DNA of 64,000 bases. It comes from an uncultured Desulfobacterales bacterium. Its GTDB lineage: Bacteria; Desulfobacterota; Desulfobacteria; Desulfobacterales; CAJINA01. The stretch spans positions 16,154 to 80,153 of the forward strand of contig CAZYGG010000004.1 in the NCBI GenBank assembly GCA_964647585.1, read 5' to 3'. A program made the translations under genes and the position numbers. Shown in pieces: positions 18,235 to 27,757 of the stretch. How positions within the stretch are numbered: the first letter of the stretch is position 1; each line of letters starts with the position of its first letter. The notes beneath the pieces are model-generated. The model had not been told where the DNA came from, ran no database searches, and saw only the letters and a program-made list of their open reading frames with translations.

Positions 18235-18647
18235 CGGTGTCGCCCCCGAATAGCCATCCGTAAATCGCCCGATGAAACAGATCCCACCCAATTTTTTTCG
18301 ACGCAAGTTACATGCCAGACGACGGCAATACCCACAATTGAGATAAGTACCTGTATTTACATTTTTATTTTGAATACCCGGTCACAGGAAAACTGTGACA
18401 ACCTTCAGATAAATAGTGATATTTCACCACCGGAGTTAAATATCACCGCCCCGCTTGAAATAAAGGCAACTGAAAATTTTCCCGGAACCCGCTCCCGGGA
18501 AAATTGTAGCCGATAGATCCACATTACCCCACCAGTGGTATATTGAGTAAAAAATGAATTAACTAAACAAAATTATTAAGAAAAACATTATACAAATCAT
18601 ACTTTTTTTCTTGACATTTCCGGGAATTTGTACTTTTACTCCATTAT

Positions 18648-18675
18648 AGTGGATAAAAGTGGAGTTAAAGGGTGA
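18648..18675 (+). promoter_or_regulatory. candidate MraZ operator (direct GTGG repeats, about 10-bp period) overlapping the mraZ RBS
   Basis: 'AGTGGAtaaaAGTGGAgttaaAGGGTGA' lies immediately 5' of mraZ ATG 18679. A TTGACA box sits at 18611-18616. Confidence 0.4.
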
Positions 18676-18678
18676 TCT

Positions 18679-19125
18679 ATGTTTCGGGGAAGCAGCTTTC
18701 ATACAATTGACGCGAAGGGGCGCATCATTGTTCCCACACGTTTTCGCGACGCGATAAAGGCCGGTGGATCCGGCTCGGTGATGGTGTCCCGGATGGACGC
18801 CTGCCTCGTCTCCTACCCCCTTGACGAATGGCGCAAAATTGAAGCCCGCATTCTATCCCTGGCCGAAAAAAGCGACAGCATGCGCCGTTTCCGCCGGGTC
18901 TTTGTCGGTGGCGCATTCGAATGCCCCGGTGACCGCCAGGAACGCATTCTGCTCCCGCCCACGCTCAGGCAGTACGCTCAGCTTGAAAAGGAAATCGTCA
19001 TGGTGGGCGTTCTTGACCATTTTGAAATCTGGTCCCGCAAAAACTGGGAACAGGAAAATCTGGACATGGAAGCCGACATGCAAACCGAGGAGGTCCGCAA
19101 CGAAATAGCCAGACTGGGGCTATAA
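18679..19125 (+). CDS. mraZ: transcriptional regulator MraZ
   Basis: 'MFRGSSFHTIDAKGRIIVPTRFR' and a second SpoVT/AbrB-like half 'ERILLPPTLRQYA'. First gene of the dcw cluster. Confidence 0.95.
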   Translation: MFRGSSFHTIDAKGRIIVPTRFRDAIKAGGSGSVMVSRMDACLVSYPLDEWRKIEARILSLAEKSDSMRRFRRVFVGGAFECPGDRQERILLPPTLRQYAQLEKEIVMVGVLDHFEIWSRKNWEQENLDMEADMQTEEVRNEIARLGL

Positions 19126-19129
19126 TTCC

Positions 19130-20065
19130 ATGCCTTACCACCACATATCCGCCATGCCGGAAGAGGTGGCCCGGTTTCTCGACTGCCGCCCGGGGCAGTG
19201 CGTGGTGGATTGCACCCTGGGCGGTGCGGGCCATGCGGCCGACATCTGCAGTAAAATTAGACCAGGCGGCACCTTTATCGGCATTGACCAGGACACGGAT
19301 GCCATTCGCAACGCCGAGAAAGTGCTGCCGACGCAGGGCATCAGGCGGCATCTGGTCCACTCGAATTTCTCCAGGCTGCCGATTATCCTGCAAGACCTGG
19401 AAATCGCAGGGGTTGACGGCATCCTGATGGACCTCGGCATATCGCTCCATCACATTGAAGGCAGCGGGCGCGGTTTCAGTTTTCGTAAGAATGAACCCCT
19501 GGATATGCGGATGGACCCGGACTCAGAACTCACGGCCCGCGAGATTATAAACACACAACCGGAGAAAGCGCTTAAAAAGTTGTTTTTCACACTGGGCGAA
19601 GAGCGGCTGGCCGGCCCCATCGCCAGAAAAATTGTGGCCGAACGTGCCCGGGGCCCGATAGAAAAAGCAGACCACCTGGCGAACATCATAAAGTCGGCGG
19701 TTCCGACCGCCCTGTCTTCGCAGCGGATTCATCCGGCAACCCGTGTTTTTATGGCACTGCGCATCGCGGTCAACCGTGAGTTGGAGCACCTGGAAACTTT
19801 TATGGCCGGGGTTCCCGAGCTGCTGAACCCCGGCGGCAAAATCTGTGTCTTGTCATTTCATTCACTGGAAGACCGGATTGTGAAAACACAACTGAAAACA
19901 CACGCGTTCCCTTGCACATGTCCACCAAAGCTGCCGGTTTGTTCTTGCGGGAAAGAGCCTCTGCTGCGGCTGCTCACCCGCAGGGTTGTCAGGCCGTCCG
20001 CGGAAGAGGTGAATCAGAACCCTATGGCCCGCAGTACCCGGCTCCGAGCCGCCGAGAGACTGTGA
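19130..20065 (+). CDS. rsmH: 16S rRNA (cytosine1402-N4)-methyltransferase RsmH
   Basis: 'VVDCTLGGAGHA', 'DGILMDLGISLHH', 'SFHSLEDRIVK'. Confidence 0.95.
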   Translation: MPYHHISAMPEEVARFLDCRPGQCVVDCTLGGAGHAADICSKIRPGGTFIGIDQDTDAIRNAEKVLPTQGIRRHLVHSNFSRLPIILQDLEIAGVDGILMDLGISLHHIEGSGRGFSFRKNEPLDMRMDPDSELTAREIINTQPEKALKKLFFTLGEERLAGPIARKIVAERARGPIEKADHLANIIKSAVPTALSSQRIHPATRVFMALRIAVNRELEHLETFMAGVPELLNPGGKICVLSFHSLEDRIVKTQLKTHAFPCTCPPKLPVCSCGKEPLLRLLTRRVVRPSAEEVNQNPMARSTRLRAAERL

Positions 20066-20080
20066 CCGGTTGGACTGCAT

Positions 20081-20383
20081 ATGAACCGCAAGTTTACTAA
20101 AACAAAAGTCCCGACCAGAAGCCCCCTGGTCATCGGCTTCTGGGTTGTCATGATGGCGGCCCTGATCGGGGAGCTGTTCTTTTCCACATGGTGCCGGGTG
20201 CAATACACCCGCACAGGGTATGACATTACCGCGATAACCGCTCAGAACCGGGAGCTGTTTACCGCGCAGCGTAATTTGAGAATTGAACTGGAGCGGCTTA
20301 AGTCCCCCAAGCGAATTGAAGCCAAGGCCCTCTCCCTCGGCCTGATGATACCGACCCCTGAACAGACGCTGAGGTTCCGATGA
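20081..20383 (+). CDS. ftsL: cell division protein FtsL-like
   Basis: 100-aa bitopic protein with TM 'LVIGFWVVMMAALIGELFF' and a coiled-coil. Position is between rsmH and ftsI, and it overlaps the ftsI start. Confidence 0.65.
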   Translation: MNRKFTKTKVPTRSPLVIGFWVVMMAALIGELFFSTWCRVQYTRTGYDITAITAQNRELFTAQRNLRIELERLKSPKRIEAKALSLGLMIPTPEQTLRFR

Positions 20384-22116
20384 AAGCCGTTAGCTATAAA
20401 AGAATCCGCCTACGGACAGCGCTGGTCGGGGCTGTGTTCGGGCTGCTGCTCGCCGGGATCGGCGCCAAGGCGATTCATGTACAGATCGTACACGGCACCT
20501 GGCTTTCCGATAAAGCCCTGCGGCAATACCAGAAATCTTTCAAGGCCATCGGGCAACGCGGCACCATCTTCGATGCGCAGGGCCGGGAACTTGCGGTCAG
20601 TATCAATCTGACCTCGATCGCCGCCTATCCGGCCCGGATAAAAGATAGGGCGGCTACGGCCGCCGCGCTGGCGGGGATTCTGAAAACAGACCGCCGTCAA
20701 CTGACAACCCGGCTGACCCAGGGAAACAAACCTTTCGTCTGGCTCCAACGGCACGTCAATCCCCGGAAAGCTGAAAAAATCAGGAAGCTGGCCGTTGCGG
20801 GACTTGATTTTATCCCCGAACATAGCCGCGCCTACCCCCACCGGTCGGTGGCCGCCCAGGTCATCGGCTTCGCCGGGATAGACGGCCGCGGCCTTGAAGG
20901 AGTTGAGTACCTCTATAACAACCGTCTAAAGGGCGACCTGGGCAAATACAAAATCTTCAAAGATGCCCTGGGGCGCAGATTTGACGATCCATCCGGGAAA
21001 AACCGGAGTATCCGGGGGCACAATCTCTATCTGACAATCGACCGAACCATCCAATACAATGTCGAAAAAATTCTCCTGCAGACGGTCAACCGGTATAAGG
21101 CCCGCTCCGCAATGGGAATCGTTATGGTGCCCCAGACCGGGGCCATTCTCGCCATGGCCAATGTACCGCTTTTCAATCCCAACAGCCACAATCAGTCGCC
21201 CAGCTGGCACTGGCGCAACCGGACGGTGGCCGATCGCTTTGAGCCCGGTTCAACCATGAAGATATTCAGCATCGCGGCCGCCCTTGAGGCCGGTGCTTTC
21301 AGGGCGGACACCCGCCTCTACTGTGAAAACGGCGAATATGCAATCGGGCGCAACATTGTCCACGACACAAAACCTCACGAATGGCTGACCGTTACCGACA
21401 TCGTACGCCTTTCGAGCAACATCGGGGCCGTCAAGGTCGGCGAAAAAATCGGGCCGGAGCGGCTTTACACAACCCTTAAAGAATTCGGTTTCGGGACGCG
21501 CACCGGCATCAACTGCCCCGGCGAAACCACCGGCCGGCTCGCTTCCTATAAACGGTGGTCGAAAATCGATGCCGGCGCCATCTCGTTTGGTCAGGGCCTG
21601 TCCGTATCCGCCCTGCAGCTGGCCGCGGCGACCGGCGCCATTGCCAACGGCGGTGTCCTCATGCGGCCGTACATCGTTGCCCGGGTCACCGATACCCGGG
21701 ACCGCGAGATCGAAGCTTACGGACCAAAGCCTGTCCACCGGGTAATCTCGGCCGGCACCGCGGCCATTGTCGCGCGCATGATGCAATCAGTTGTTGCAAG
21801 CGGCACCGGAACACTGGCCGCGCTGAATGAATACCAGGTGAGCGGCAAGACCGGCACCGCCCAGAAAACGGATGAAAGCGGCGGCTATGCCAATGATAAG
21901 TTTATCGCGTCGTTTACCGGTTTCGTACCTGCCGAAAAGCCTGAACTGGTAATCCTGGTAGTGGTTGATGAGCCGCAAGAGAACCACTATGGCGGTACGG
22001 TCGCCGGACCGGCCTTCAGAAAGATAGCGGAAACCACGCTTGATTATTTGAACATCGCCCCGACCAAGGGGCACCTGAATCTGATCGTCTCCCGGGAAAG
22101 CGAGGCCACGGGTTGA
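20380..22116 (+). CDS. ftsI: peptidoglycan D,D-transpeptidase FtsI (PBP3)
   Basis: 'GSTMKIFS' (SxxK), 'LSSNIG' (SxN), 'SGKTGTAQ' (KTG). Confidence 0.9.
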   Translation: MKAVSYKRIRLRTALVGAVFGLLLAGIGAKAIHVQIVHGTWLSDKALRQYQKSFKAIGQRGTIFDAQGRELAVSINLTSIAAYPARIKDRAATAAALAGILKTDRRQLTTRLTQGNKPFVWLQRHVNPRKAEKIRKLAVAGLDFIPEHSRAYPHRSVAAQVIGFAGIDGRGLEGVEYLYNNRLKGDLGKYKIFKDALGRRFDDPSGKNRSIRGHNLYLTIDRTIQYNVEKILLQTVNRYKARSAMGIVMVPQTGAILAMANVPLFNPNSHNQSPSWHWRNRTVADRFEPGSTMKIFSIAAALEAGAFRADTRLYCENGEYAIGRNIVHDTKPHEWLTVTDIVRLSSNIGAVKVGEKIGPERLYTTLKEFGFGTRTGINCPGETTGRLASYKRWSKIDAGAISFGQGLSVSALQLAAATGAIANGGVLMRPYIVARVTDTRDREIEAYGPKPVHRVISAGTAAIVARMMQSVVASGTGTLAALNEYQVSGKTGTAQKTDESGGYANDKFIASFTGFVPAEKPELVILVVVDEPQENHYGGTVAGPAFRKIAETTLDYLNIAPTKGHLNLIVSRESEATG

Positions 22117-25043
22117 AACTGTCAAAACTGATAACCGCGATTGAAACAGCGCCGGATGGTTTCATCCCCGGCAATGATCCGGATATCGTTTCGATCCACT
22201 ACCATGCGGGGGATGTCAGGCCGGGCGGCATTTTTGTGGCCATCCCCGGCCTGACGGCGGACGGCCATGATTTCATCGCGCAGGCTGTGGAAAAAAAGGC
22301 CGCGGCCATCGTGGCCGCCAGGCCGGTGGCCGCCCCGGTCCCGGTTGTCGTCACCGGGGATACGCGGGTGGCCCTGGCCCAACTGGCTGCCAGATTTTAT
22401 GGTGATCCGGCCGCAGACCTGGTGCTGATCGGACTGACCGGCACCAACGGAAAAACAACAACGGCCTATATCATCGAAAGCATCCTGACCCGGGCGGGAT
22501 TGGCAACCGGTGTCATCGGGACTATTGAATACCGCTACGCGGGCCGCCATTTTGACAATCCCATGACCACCCCGGAATCCAGCGACCTGCAGCGCATACT
22601 CAGCGAAATGAAATCCGCCGGTATCACCCATGTGGTCATGGAGGTCTCCTCGCACGCCCTGGACCTCAAACGGGTACATGGCTGCCGGTTTACCGCCGCG
22701 GTCTTCACCAACCTGACCCGGGACCATCTCGATTACCACCCGGACATGGCGCACTACTGGGCCTGTAAACAGCGCCTTTTCACCGAACACCTGGAAACCG
22801 GCCGGGGAGCCGCCATTATCAACAGCAACGATAAAAAAGCCGATGACCTCATCGCGGCGCTGCAATCTGAAGAATCCACCCCGGTTATCCTGACGGCCGG
22901 TGACGCACTCGATTCAAAAATCCGGCCTTCCGCCTGTACGGCCTCGGGTACCGGGATGTCCGTTACGCTGGCTACCCCCTCCGGCCCGTTGGACATCCGG
23001 TCCCCGCTGGTCGGCCGCCACAACCTCGAAAACGTGATGAGCGCCGTGGGCGTGGGCCTGCACCTGGAACTTGCCCCGGACGCTATCCGGCAAGGCGTTG
23101 CCGCCCTCTCCGCCGTCCCCGGACGCCTCGAGCCGGTTGCCAACAATCGAGACCTGTATGTTTTCGTGGATTACGCCCATACGCCGGACGCCCTGGAAAA
23201 TGTACTCCTGGCCCTGGCACCGCTGCGTAAAACACGCATGATCTGCGTTTTCGGCTGCGGCGGCGACCGCGATCGAGCCAAACGGCCCCTGATGGGCGCC
23301 ATTGCCGGACGCCTGGCGGATGTTTCCGTGGTCACCTCGGATAACCCGCGCACGGAGGATCCGGAAGCGATTATTGCCGAAATTCTAGCCGGCAGTCTAG
23401 GCGCAAACAGCTCCCGGTTAGAGACGGCTGATCTGCACGCCGGGGTCGTCCAGACCGGGTACCTGGTTGAACCGGACCGGCGCCGGGCCATCAACCTGGC
23501 CATCGGCCTGGCACAGCCCGGGGACATTGTCCTGATCGCGGGCAAAGGGCACGAAACCTACCAGATCCGGGGTACGGAAAAATTTGATTTTGATGACCGC
23601 GCCGAAGCAAGCGCCGCGCTGCGGGATGCCAACCCTGACAGCCCGGCGGCGGACGGCTGGTCCGTCCCTGATCTTCTGGCGGCGACCGGGGGAACGCTGG
23701 TGAGCGGCAGCCGGGACCTGACCTTCACGGATATCGCCATCGACTCACGCACCATTGCTGAAAACGCTGTTTTCTGCGCCATCCGCGGGGAAAATCACGA
23801 CGGACACCGGTTTACAGCCCAGGTCCTTGAAAACGGCGTCAAGGGTATCCTCTGCGCGGATGACCGCCTGGACGCGCTGGCGGATCTACGCAGTCGCTAC
23901 CCGCAGGCAGCCTGGATCAGTGTACCCGACACCACGGCGGCGCTGGGCCGGCTGGGACGCTATCATCGCAGGCGCACCGGTGTGCCGGTGGTCGCCATTA
24001 CCGGCTCTAACGGTAAGACCTCCACCCGCAACATGATTGCCGCCGTGCTTTCCCAGCAGTTTTCGATCCTGACGACCGCCGGTAATTATAACAATGATAT
24101 CGGCCTGCCCCTAACCCTTTTACGCCTGAAACCGGATCACGCCTGGGCCGTTATCGAACTGGGCATGAACCACCCCGGGGAGATCGGTTACCTGGCCGGG
24201 CTCTGCGAACCTCAGGTGGGGGTCATCACCAATATCGGCCCGGCCCACCTTGAATTTCTCGGTTCCCTGGACGGCGTCAAACGCGCCAAGGGTGAATTGC
24301 TCGAAGCGCTCCCCGCAAATGGGCTGGCCATTTTAAATGGAGATGACCCTAAATGCCGGGAACTGGGGAAAACATGCCCCTGCCCGGTTGACTACTTCGG
24401 TTTCACTGAAGAGGCCGGCATCCGGGCCAGCGATATCACCCCCCAGGCGGCCGGGCTGTCGTTCAATCTCGATCTGCCGGAATCCCGGCAGGCGGTCCGG
24501 ATGAATGTCGCCGGCCGTTTCATGGTGGCCAATGCGGTGGCCGCCGCGAGTGTGGGCCGGCACCTGGGCCTTTCCGGCGAACAGATCAAAGCCGGACTGG
24601 AATCGTTTTCACCGGTAAATGGCCGCCTGAATGTAAAACTGACACCGTCCGGCATGAACATTATAGACGATACCTATAATGCCAATCCCGGCAGCATGGC
24701 CGTCGCCATCGATACCCTGATCCAGCGGGCCGGCCAACATCCACGGTTTCTGGTGCTGGGGAATATGGCCGAACTGGGCACCCACGCAGCGCAGCTGCAT
24801 TATGAACTGGGCCAGAAGGCGGCGTCCGCGACGGCAGCGCGCCTTTACCTGGCCGGTGAAAATGCCGATTCGGTGGCCGCCGGGGCGGATGCCGGCGGGA
24901 TGCCAGCCGATGCCATTTTTATCGGTGACCACCAGGCCATCATCGCGGACCTGAAACAAAACCTTAAACCGGGCGACTGGGTCCTGATCAAAGGCTCCCG
25001 CTCGATGCACATGGAAACCGTTACCGCCGGCCTGATTGATTGA
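22113..25043 (+). CDS. murE/murF: fused MurE (UDP-MurNAc-tripeptide synthetase, DAP-type) - MurF (D-Ala-D-Ala adding enzyme)
   Basis: N-terminal half: 'GLTGTNGKTTTAYI' and 'TSDNPRTEDP' (DNPR, meso-DAP type). C-terminal half: 'AITGSNGKTSTRNM' and 'DDTYNANPGSM'. There is no stop across the linker 'RDANPDSPAADGW' (about 23.62-23.66 kb). Confidence 0.9.
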   Translation: MKLSKLITAIETAPDGFIPGNDPDIVSIHYHAGDVRPGGIFVAIPGLTADGHDFIAQAVEKKAAAIVAARPVAAPVPVVVTGDTRVALAQLAARFYGDPAADLVLIGLTGTNGKTTTAYIIESILTRAGLATGVIGTIEYRYAGRHFDNPMTTPESSDLQRILSEMKSAGITHVVMEVSSHALDLKRVHGCRFTAAVFTNLTRDHLDYHPDMAHYWACKQRLFTEHLETGRGAAIINSNDKKADDLIAALQSEESTPVILTAGDALDSKIRPSACTASGTGMSVTLATPSGPLDIRSPLVGRHNLENVMSAVGVGLHLELAPDAIRQGVAALSAVPGRLEPVANNRDLYVFVDYAHTPDALENVLLALAPLRKTRMICVFGCGGDRDRAKRPLMGAIAGRLADVSVVTSDNPRTEDPEAIIAEILAGSLGANSSRLETADLHAGVVQTGYLVEPDRRRAINLAIGLAQPGDIVLIAGKGHETYQIRGTEKFDFDDRAEASAALRDANPDSPAADGWSVPDLLAATGGTLVSGSRDLTFTDIAIDSRTIAENAVFCAIRGENHDGHRFTAQVLENGVKGILCADDRLDALADLRSRYPQAAWISVPDTTAALGRLGRYHRRRTGVPVVAITGSNGKTSTRNMIAAVLSQQFSILTTAGNYNNDIGLPLTLLRLKPDHAWAVIELGMNHPGEIGYLAGLCEPQVGVITNIGPAHLEFLGSLDGVKRAKGELLEALPANGLAILNGDDPKCRELGKTCPCPVDYFGFTEEAGIRASDITPQAAGLSFNLDLPESRQAVRMNVAGRFMVANAVAAASVGRHLGLSGEQIKAGLESFSPVNGRLNVKLTPSGMNIIDDTYNANPGSMAVAIDTLIQRAGQHPRFLVLGNMAELGTHAAQLHYELGQKAASATAARLYLAGENADSVAAGADAGGMPADAIFIGDHQAIIADLKQNLKPGDWVLIKGSRSMHMETVTAGLID

Positions 25044-25089
25044 AACCAGTACCCGCAAACGGCTCGCGGAGAGAGCCTGAGAAAAACAT

Positions 25090-26169
25090 ATGATCTATCA
25101 TTTTCTATACCCGCTGCATGAGATCATTTCGGCCTTTAATGTGTTCCGGTACATTACGTTCCGGACCATTTATGCCAGCCTCACGGCCTTTTTGATCTGC
25201 TTTCTGCTGGGCCCCTGGGTAATCCGCCGGCTCAAGCAAATGCAGGTGGGGCAATATGTCCGGGACGACGGCCCCGAATCGCACCTTGACAAAGCCGGGA
25301 CCCCCACCATGGGCGGCACGCTGATCGTTTTTGCGGTCACCGTGTCCACGGTCCTGTGGACGGACATTACCAATTTTTATGTATGGATCGCCCTGCTGGT
25401 CATGGTGGGCTACGCGCTCATCGGTTTCGTGGATGATTATCTGATGCAGGTCAAAAAGCAAAGCAAGGGCCTGGGTGCCAAAAGCAAAATCCTGCTGCAG
25501 ACGGTTCTCGCACTCGTTGCGGGCACCCTGCTGTGGGCCCACCCCGACTTCTCGACCCAGGTAACCATACCCTTTTTTAAGAACGTATCGCCGGATCTCG
25601 GGTGGGGCTATGTCCTGTTTGCCGCCCTGGTCATTGTGGGGGCATCCAATGCCGTCAATCTTACCGATGGCCTGGACGGTCTGGCCATCGGCCCCCTGGT
25701 GGTTGCTTCGGCGGCTTACATGGTTTTCGCCTACGTCACCAGCCACGTGAAAATTGCCGAATATCTGCAGCTCCACTATGTGTCCGGCGGCGGTGAGATT
25801 ACGGTTTTCTGCGGCGCCCTGGCCGGTGCGGGGCTCGGGTTTCTCTGGTTCAACGCGTACCCGGCCCAGGTATTCATGGGGGATGTGGGTTCCCTTTCCC
25901 TGGGCGGCGCCCTGGGGACCGTGGCGGTGATTACCAAGCAGGAAATCCTGCTGGTCCTGGTGGGCGGACTGTTTGTGGTGGAGACCCTGTCGGTCATTTT
26001 CCAGGTGGGATTTTTTAAAATCAGCGGGGGCAAGCGTATTTTCAGGATGGCCCCCCTGCATCACCATTTTGAACTGAAGGGCTGGCCGGAACCCAAAGTG
26101 ATCGTCAGGTTCTGGATCGTCGCCATTGCCCTGGCGCTTTTATCGATGAGCACCCTTAAACTCAGGTAG
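25090..26169 (+). CDS. mraY: phospho-N-acetylmuramoyl-pentapeptide transferase MraY
   Basis: 'PTMGG', '[13 protein letters not shown]', 'PLHHHFE'; polytopic membrane protein. Confidence 0.95.
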   Translation: MIYHFLYPLHEIISAFNVFRYITFRTIYASLTAFLICFLLGPWVIRRLKQMQVGQYVRDDGPESHLDKAGTPTMGGTLIVFAVTVSTVLWTDITNFYVWIALLVMVGYALIGFVDDYLMQVKKQSKGLGAKSKILLQTVLALVAGTLLWAHPDFSTQVTIPFFKNVSPDLGWGYVLFAALVIVGASNAVNLTDGLDGLAIGPLVVASAAYMVFAYVTSHVKIAEYLQLHYVSGGGEITVFCGALAGAGLGFLWFNAYPAQVFMGDVGSLSLGGALGTVAVITKQEILLVLVGGLFVVETLSVIFQVGFFKISGGKRIFRMAPLHHHFELKGWPEPKVIVRFWIVAIALALLSMSTLKLR

Positions 26170-26176
26170 ATGCTGC

Positions 26177-27535
26177 GTGGAACTTGCTAAAAAAAATATC
26201 CTGGTGGTGGGACTTGGAAAGTCCGGATTGGCAGTGGCCCGGTTTGCCGCACATAAAGGCGCCACCGTGACCGCGACGGACCTTAGCGATGCTGCCGCCC
26301 TGGCGGCGCAGATTCCCGAACTGGAAAAAACGGGCACACGCCTGGTCCTCGGCGAGCACCCGCCTGACATTTTTAAACAGGCCGACCTCATCGTGGTAAG
26401 TCCCGGCGTACCGCACACCATCCCCCCGCTGGCGCTGTCCCGGAAAGCAGGCATCCCGGTCATGGGTGAACTGGAATTCGCTTTTCGCTTTATCCATGAG
26501 CCCGTGGTGGCGGTCACCGGCACCAACGGCAAGACCACCACGACCGCCCTGCTGGGAGAAATGCTGGCCCGTTCCGGAAAACAGGTTTTCGTCGGCGGCA
26601 ACATTGGCAATCCCCTGATTGAGTATGTTGAAAAAAACGCCGCGGCCGATGTGGTGGTCCTGGAAGTCAGCAGTTTTCAACTGGACACGGCCAGTACTTT
26701 CCGGGCCCATGTGGCCGTGCTTCTCAATATCAGCGCGGATCATCTTGACCGCTATGACAACTTTGCCGCCTACGCGCTTTCTAAAGGAAGAATCTTCGAA
26801 AACCAGGCTCCGGAAGATACGGCGGTTATAAACCGGATGGATCCGGAAGTAAAAAAGCTGACCGCAACCTGCCGCGCGGCCGTAAAACCCTTTTTCCACA
26901 CCGGCCGCAATGGCACGGCGACCGATGCGGGCGCGGAGATATTTACAGACCGCATCCTGATCCGCACGGGGGCCGAACCACTGGTCCTGGACCTGCAGCG
27001 GGCACCGCTCACCGGGGCGCATAACCGCGAAAACATCGCGGCTGCGGCCCTGGCCGCCCTGGCGGCCGGCGGGACCGCCGCCGGGATCCAGGCAGCCATT
27101 GATGCCTTCCGGGGGCTGGCCCACCGCCTGGAAGCGGTAGCCACCGTAAACGGCGTCCTCTACGTGGACGACTCCAAGGGCACCAACGTGGACGCGGTGG
27201 CCCGGGCGCTGGAAGCCTTCGACCGGCCCACGATCCTGATCATGGGCGGCCGCGACAAGGGCGGCGATTACACCGTTCTCCAGCCGCACCTGGAGAAAAC
27301 CGTAAAAAAGCTGGTGGTCATGGGCGAAGCGGCCGCCACCATTGAAACCCAGCTGGGGGCCCTGACCCCGGTCCAGAGTGCCGGTGATATGGCCCAGGCC
27401 GTCCAACTGGCCGCCGCGGCATCCGGTCCGGGTGACGTCGTCCTGCTATCCCCGGCCTGTTCAAGTTTCGACATGTATGACAGCTACTCCCAACGGGGAG
27501 AAGATTTTCGCCAACAGGTAAGCGAGTTGACATGA
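26177..27535 (+). CDS. murD: UDP-N-acetylmuramoylalanine--D-glutamate ligase MurD
   Basis: 'VVGLGKSG', 'VTGTNGKTTTT', 'DDSKGTN'. GTG start. Confidence 0.9.
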   Translation: MELAKKNILVVGLGKSGLAVARFAAHKGATVTATDLSDAAALAAQIPELEKTGTRLVLGEHPPDIFKQADLIVVSPGVPHTIPPLALSRKAGIPVMGELEFAFRFIHEPVVAVTGTNGKTTTTALLGEMLARSGKQVFVGGNIGNPLIEYVEKNAAADVVVLEVSSFQLDTASTFRAHVAVLLNISADHLDRYDNFAAYALSKGRIFENQAPEDTAVINRMDPEVKKLTATCRAAVKPFFHTGRNGTATDAGAEIFTDRILIRTGAEPLVLDLQRAPLTGAHNRENIAAAALAALAAGGTAAGIQAAIDAFRGLAHRLEAVATVNGVLYVDDSKGTNVDAVARALEAFDRPTILIMGGRDKGGDYTVLQPHLEKTVKKLVVMGEAAATIETQLGALTPVQSAGDMAQAVQLAAAASGPGDVVLLSPACSSFDMYDSYSQRGEDFRQQVSELT

Positions 27536-27607
27536 CGTACCCCGGTTCATTTGACCGGGCATTGGATGGCCTGGGCAGAAACATCTACCCGGCACCAAAG
27601 AGTGGAA

Positions 27608-27708
27608 AGTGACTAAAGTTTAAGAATCGCTTCACTCTGCTGGTTTTATAAAATCAGTAGAATGCCATAACTTTAGTTCACTTCAAATTTTAGATCACTT
27701 TAGTCACT
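27608..27708. repeat. three copies of a 12-14-nt motif (one forward, two inverted) in the murD-ftsW spacer
   Basis: 'AGTGACTAAAGTTT' 27608-27621; 'AACTTTAGTTCACTT' 27669-27683 (inverted, 1-nt insertion); 'CACTTTAGTCACT' 27696-27708 (inverted, exact core). Confidence 0.6.
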
Positions 27709-27757
27709 AAACGATTGTTTTTCAGGTATAACTTCAAGACCAGCGTGAAGGCTGAAT

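Noticed and set aside
25105-27406. Long antisense ORFs opposite mraY and murD (25105-26067, 26162-27406). Similar cases: 22122-22865, 30140-31309, 32245-33282, 33824-34564, 42779-43513, 45923-46927, 49653-50378 and 62651-63247.
   Set aside because: Each lies entirely opposite a gene with unmistakable family motifs. Their translations are Arg/Gly/Pro/His-rich with no recognisable motifs, as expected for mirror frames of GC-rich coding DNA.
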